Shown here piece by piece: positions 60,363-64,000 of a stretch of DNA of 64,000 bases. Every line of letters begins with the position of its first letter. The stretch's first letter is position 1. Below the pieces are notes generated by a model. It was not told where the DNA came from and did no database searches. It saw only the letters and a program-made list of their open reading frames with translations. The DNA is from Bacteroidota bacterium (GTDB taxonomy: Bacteria; Bacteroidota; Bacteroidia; Bacteroidales; JAAUTT01), in NCBI GenBank assembly GCA_023429135.1, contig JAEYWD010000062.1:115416-179415 (forward strand). Direction: 5' to 3'. Made by a program: the position numbers and the translations under genes.

Positions 60363-60435
60363 AGCGGAAAACGGGACTCGAACCCGCGACCCTAACCTTG
60401 GGAAGGTTATGCTCTACCAACTGAGCTAATTCCGC
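60363..60435 (-). tRNA. tRNA-Gly (anticodon CCC)
   Basis: Hand-folded cloverleaf: GCGGAAT TA GCTC AGTTGGTA GAGC A TAACC TTCCCAA GGTTA GGGTC GCGGG TTCGAGT CCCGT TTTCCGC T. 73 nt, no encoded CCA, and a U7-U66 mismatch in the acceptor stem. Confidence 0.93.
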
Positions 60436-60499
60436 AAAATATTGTCGCAAAAATAATGTGTTTTGGTTAAACACCTAACAAATTTGCCAATTTATTTTG

Positions 60500-60573
60500 A
60501 GCCTCTCAGGGGATTTGAACCCCCGACCTGCTGTTTACGAAACAGCCGCTCTAACCGGCTGAGCTAAAGAGGC
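60500..60573 (-). tRNA. tRNA-Thr (anticodon CGU)
   Basis: Hand-folded cloverleaf: GCCTCTT TA GCTC AGCCGGTTA GAGC G GCTGT TTCGTAA ACAGC AGGTC GGGGG TTCAAAT CCCCT GAGAGGC T. 74 nt. Confidence 0.93.
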
Positions 60574-60675
60574 AATTTAGTTGTAAGTTTTTAGTAGTAA
60601 GTAGTAAGACCAATACATATGCATTTACTACTATCGCAAAAATAAGAATAGCAGGGTATTTCTGCAAACTGAATT

Positions 60676-61908
60676 TTAAATTTTGTTCAATGCTCTGATT
60701 CTTTGAAGCAATGTGGGATGTGAATAGTGAAAAAACACATACCAGGGATGCGGATTCAGATTACTTAAATTATTAACAGATAAATTTTTAAGAGCTGTTA
60801 TCAGATTGTTTGCTCCAGCGTGAATTCCCGCAAAAGCATCGGCTTCATATTCATATTTCCTCGAAAGGACATTTAATAAAAGTCCCATGATAGTAGAAAT
60901 TGGACTGTAAAGTATCCCAAAAGCAATAGCTCCTATATGAAAACTGGATTGCTCTACTCCCAACGCCTGTGATAATGCAGGCTCTTTAATAAACAGCGAC
61001 AATATGAATAACGTAAGTCCGGTTTGAAAGAATGAAATTGCCAGGTTTTTATAAGTATGCTTACGTTTATAATGACCTATTTCATGCGCCAGCACTGCGA
61101 CAATTTCAGGAATTGTCATTTCTTTTATCAGGGTATCGTACAGAACGATGCGTTTCTTGCTTCCTAATCCGGTAAAATAAGCATTTGCTTTGGAGGAACG
61201 CTTGGAACCATCAATTTTATAAATGTTTGTAAGTTTAAAATCAAGTTTTTCAGCGAGGTTGTTGATAGCATCTTTCAGTTCTCCTTCTTCCAGTGGTGTT
61301 TGTTTGTTGAATAAGGGCACAATAAGGTTTGAGTAAAACATACTCATAAAAACCATGAAAACAGTCACTAATCCCCAGGCATAGAGCCAGAAGTATTCCG
61401 TTGTTCTGTAATAAAACCAAAGCACCAGGCCAAGAATTATTCCACCCAGTATAACAGAAAGGAATAATCCTTTGATTTTATCCAGGATAAAGGTTTTCGG
61501 AGTTGTTTTGTTGAAACCGAATTTCTCTTCGATCACAAAAGTATGATAAACACCAAAAGGAGTGTTGAGGATATCGGAAGCTATTCCCAGTATTCCGAAG
61601 AAAATCAGTCCTTTTAAAATAAGATTATTGGTTAAAGATCCAGCCCAGGAGTCTACAAGCGCAAAACCGCCCAGGAAAAACATCAGCAAAATAAGTACAA
61701 AGGAAAAAGTGCTGGTAACGTTATCAAATCTGGAATTCACCTTATCGTATGCAATTGCTTTCCGAAGCTTTTCATCATCATAAATACCAAGAAGTTCCTG
61801 AGGAAGTGGATTCTTTCGGTTTTTGCCGTTGAGATAATTTAAGATACGGTCGAGAACATAGTCGAAGACCAGAATGGCGATAAGAATATAAAAAATAGCA
61901 TTATACAT
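60676..61908 (-). CDS. M48-family (Ste24/HtpX-like) integral-membrane zinc metallopeptidase
   Basis: 410 aa. Multiple TM helices followed by HEIGHYKRKH (HExxH) and a downstream EYEADAF. Confidence 0.9.
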   Translation of the reverse strand: MYNAIFYILIAILVFDYVLDRILNYLNGKNRKNPLPQELLGIYDDEKLRKAIAYDKVNSRFDNVTSTFSFVLILLMFFLGGFALVDSWAGSLTNNLILKGLIFFGILGIASDILNTPFGVYHTFVIEEKFGFNKTTPKTFILDKIKGLFLSVILGGIILGLVLWFYYRTTEYFWLYAWGLVTVFMVFMSMFYSNLIVPLFNKQTPLEEGELKDAINNLAEKLDFKLTNIYKIDGSKRSSKANAYFTGLGSKKRIVLYDTLIKEMTIPEIVAVLAHEIGHYKRKHTYKNLAISFFQTGLTLFILSLFIKEPALSQALGVEQSSFHIGAIAFGILYSPISTIMGLLLNVLSRKYEYEADAFAGIHAGANNLITALKNLSVNNLSNLNPHPWYVFFHYSHPTLLQRIRALNKI

Positions 61909-62050
61909 ATAAACTGTTTTTTACAAAAGTAGAAAAAGATGCAAGAAGTACATTGAGGATGCCAAAGTAAATCAATTAAATGAATTAGTCCACTGTCCAC
62001 GGACCTCAGACGACAGCTAACAGCCAGTACAAATGTAAAATACGAATCAA

Positions 62051-63046
62051 TTAATTCATTTGCCAGTCAAGAGCAGCTTTATCGAGTTTTCGTATCCTTA
62101 GCTTTTCGATATAGCTTTTGGTAAGTTCGGTTTTTTTAATTTTATAAGAGGAATCGGCCATGGTAAAAGCCTTGATCATATCGTCCTTTAATTCATAAAC
62201 GATCGCAAGATTATGAAAGTTCATCATGGCCTTATTTCGGCTGAGCTTCTCTTTTTGTTGTTGCTGTAAAACATTCACTGCACTGTCTAATTCGCTCTTT
62301 TGAATAAAGTTATATGCCTGATTAAAATACCTGTTTCCATAATAGAAATACCTTGACTGTTCGGTCCAGTAGGGAGCCAGATAGTGAGCGTAAGCCTCTC
62401 CGGCTTTGATACCGGTTTCGATTCGAGCCTCTTCTGCTGTGGGAATATTTGCATCAAGCATCCAGATAGTGGGTTGTGGAGGCCAAAAAAGTGTATCCTC
62501 CAAAAGATGGTTGTCTAATATTTGCATTGTTTTTTTGTAGTAGGTTCTGCAGCCAATTTTATGAATAATGCCATACAGGTAAAAAGGAGACTGATATCGC
62601 TCTTTGTGGGTTATGAGCGTATCGTTTATAAAAATCGAATCGAGCAATATAACCAATCCGTTTTCCTGGTGCCTTGTTTTAAAATCTTTAAGCATGGAAA
62701 GCAGGCTATCTGATGAAACCAGGTCAAATTTCGTTTCCTGAAAAACTGGAGATTTTTCAAGATTTTCCTTAAGAGACTGCAGGAAATAAAGAGAAACAAT
62801 TGTATAAGATTGATCGAGGGTATCCATCCTATAAACGGACTGTGGATCGGAACAAAATTCACAATGAATGTCTACCCTCTCAAAATTTGTACCTAGTTTA
62901 ATCTGAGCAGGCCTCATAGCCTGAAAATCGACGTTTTTATAAGTTATACACGAGTATAAAAGTCCAATGATAACCATTGCAGAAAAAGAAGGCTTAATAA
63001 GCGACTTAAGTTTATCTTTAAAATTGATATGGGTAAAATATATCAT
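62051..63046 (-). CDS. Hypothetical lipoprotein with a TPR-like C-terminal region (paralog A)
   Basis: 331 aa. Lipobox IGLLYSC. The C-terminal NLAIVYELKDDMIKAFTMADSSY is TPR-like. Confidence 0.65.
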   Translation of the reverse strand: MIYFTHINFKDKLKSLIKPSFSAMVIIGLLYSCITYKNVDFQAMRPAQIKLGTNFERVDIHCEFCSDPQSVYRMDTLDQSYTIVSLYFLQSLKENLEKSPVFQETKFDLVSSDSLLSMLKDFKTRHQENGLVILLDSIFINDTLITHKERYQSPFYLYGIIHKIGCRTYYKKTMQILDNHLLEDTLFWPPQPTIWMLDANIPTAEEARIETGIKAGEAYAHYLAPYWTEQSRYFYYGNRYFNQAYNFIQKSELDSAVNVLQQQQKEKLSRNKAMMNFHNLAIVYELKDDMIKAFTMADSSYKIKKTELTKSYIEKLRIRKLDKAALDWQMN

Positions 63047-63144
63047 AAAAACAGTTAGTAAAAATGCGGGTAAATTGCCAAAAATATTACTTAATTAAAA
63101 GTGAAACAAGACCTGATAAAAACAAAATAAACGGATGAATCGCT

Positions 63145-64000
63145 TTACTTTAATTGCCAATCTAAAACTTCTTTGTCCAGTTTTCTAACATAAAGGATCT
63201 GACAATAATTTTTCGATTGCTCATTTGCCATTACTTTCAAGGAAGAATCGGCCAGAGAATACGCCTTCTCAAAATCATCTTTTAATTCATAAATTACTGC
63301 CATATTATAAAGAGCTTTCATCCGGCTTTCTGCATCATTGGATTTCTTTTGATAATAATTTTCTAAAACTCTTAGGGCACTATCCAGATTATTCTTTTGA
63401 ATTAGTTTAAAAGCTTTGGATAAACTTCCTGCATGGTAATAAAATTTACGGGATTTATCCTGCCAATGAGGAACAAGGAAATTTGCACATTCCTCTGCGG
63501 CCAATTCGCAGGCAGTGACACATGCCTGTAACTTGTCGTAAACGGACAACCCATTTTCAAGATAAGTGTTTTGGAACCAAATGGTATCGCTTTTAAGACT
63601 TTTCTTTATTAAAACGCGTTGGCTTCTGCTAAAAATGGAATAGCCCAGGTTATAAGCTGCACCATACATCCAATCGCTTCTGTAGGCTTTTTTAACCTGG
63701 TAAAACTAATTGAATCTGCTATTATAAGAATGCCAGGGGCTTTACTTCTGAAAACCAGTAAGCTATCATGGTCGAGGATACGAATTTTTGTACGGTAAAG
63801 CTGAGGAGTTTTTTCAAGGTTTGATTTTACTGTTCTGGAAAATTTAACAGAAGAAAATGGGATAATATCTCTGCTGCTAGAAACGGAAAGATCATTCTGA
63901 CGGATGTGTTTGCAGTAAATGTATATATTATTGAAATCGTCTCCAATATTGACCCTAGCTGGCTTGAGGGCCTGAAATTCTATATTTTTTGTAGTAATGC
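63145..64000 (-). pseudogene. Paralog B of the 62051..63046 lipoprotein gene. Its reading frame is broken at an A_AAA_AAG heptamer (63687-63693) and its 5' end lies beyond the window.
   Basis: The upstream frame (ITTKNIEFQALKPARVNIGDDF...ILIIADSISFTRLKK) aligns with the N-terminal half of paralog A and stops at 63609-63611. The -1 frame (AYRSDWMYGAAYNLGY...DKEVLDWQLK) aligns with the C-terminal half and includes track ORF 63145..63669. Confidence 0.65.

Noticed and set aside
1-64000. Search by eye for CRISPR arrays, rRNA, tmRNA, RNase P or SRP RNA, IS transposases, integrases, restriction-modification systems, and abortive-infection or toxin-antitoxin pairs.
   Set aside because: No regularly spaced direct repeats, no rRNA-like conserved stretches, and no ORF with transposase, integrase, nuclease or methylase motifs were found. 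The only TA-like trace is the weak RelE-like remnant reported separately at 55596-55859.

Overview
This is a chromosomal, mostly housekeeping 64-kb segment with the hallmarks of a Bacteroidota genome. The evidence is the rpmB-rpmG-DUF4295-ftsY-rimO gene string, TAnnTTTG -7 boxes just upstream of several starts, GH97 and GH13 glycosidases, a giant PKD/beta-helix surface protein, and OmpA/TPR lipoproteins. I can support about 55 protein-coding genes, two tRNAs (Gly-CCC, Thr-CGU), about a dozen intrinsic terminators, and a few promoter or operator candidates. I saw no rRNA, CRISPR array, transposase, integrase or recognisable defence or toxin-antitoxin module. Gene blocks, left to right: (1) giant surface protein (runs off the left edge); (2) ArsR-SRPBCC pair; (3) GH13 and DUF1264; (4) DUF805, two RDD genes and a translationally coupled SpoIIM-like/DUF4129/DUF4350/MoxR/DUF58 operon; (5) GH97 and MFS; (6) GNAT, OYE, rocD, M13 peptidase, tag and small genes; (7) slyD and csp; (8) a pta-hbd-ackA-ptb-buk fermentation operon divergent from a YdiJ-like FAD/Fe-S dehydrogenase; (9) a 640-bp AT-rich ORF-free island, then an HTH gene and pyrD; (10) OmpA and repeat proteins; (11) a tryptophanase-family lyase; (12) two orphan SiaC-like (DUF1987) genes; (13) gyrA and clpC; (14) rimO-ftsY-DUF4295-rpmG-rpmB-cinA; (15) tRNAs; (16) M48 peptidase; (17) two tandem paralogous lipoprotein genes. 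Most worth a second look: (a) the second lipoprotein paralog is only full length if the reading frame shifts -1 exactly on an in-frame A_AAA_AAG heptamer; (b) an in-frame TAA cuts a PKD domain of the surface protein in half; (c) a 211-bp MITE-like insert lies between perfect 12-bp direct repeats; (d) the MoxR/DUF58 membrane cluster has no known function; (e) the AT-rich island and its structured flanks. I found no convincing new multi-gene system. All family names come from motif recognition by eye, not from database searches.
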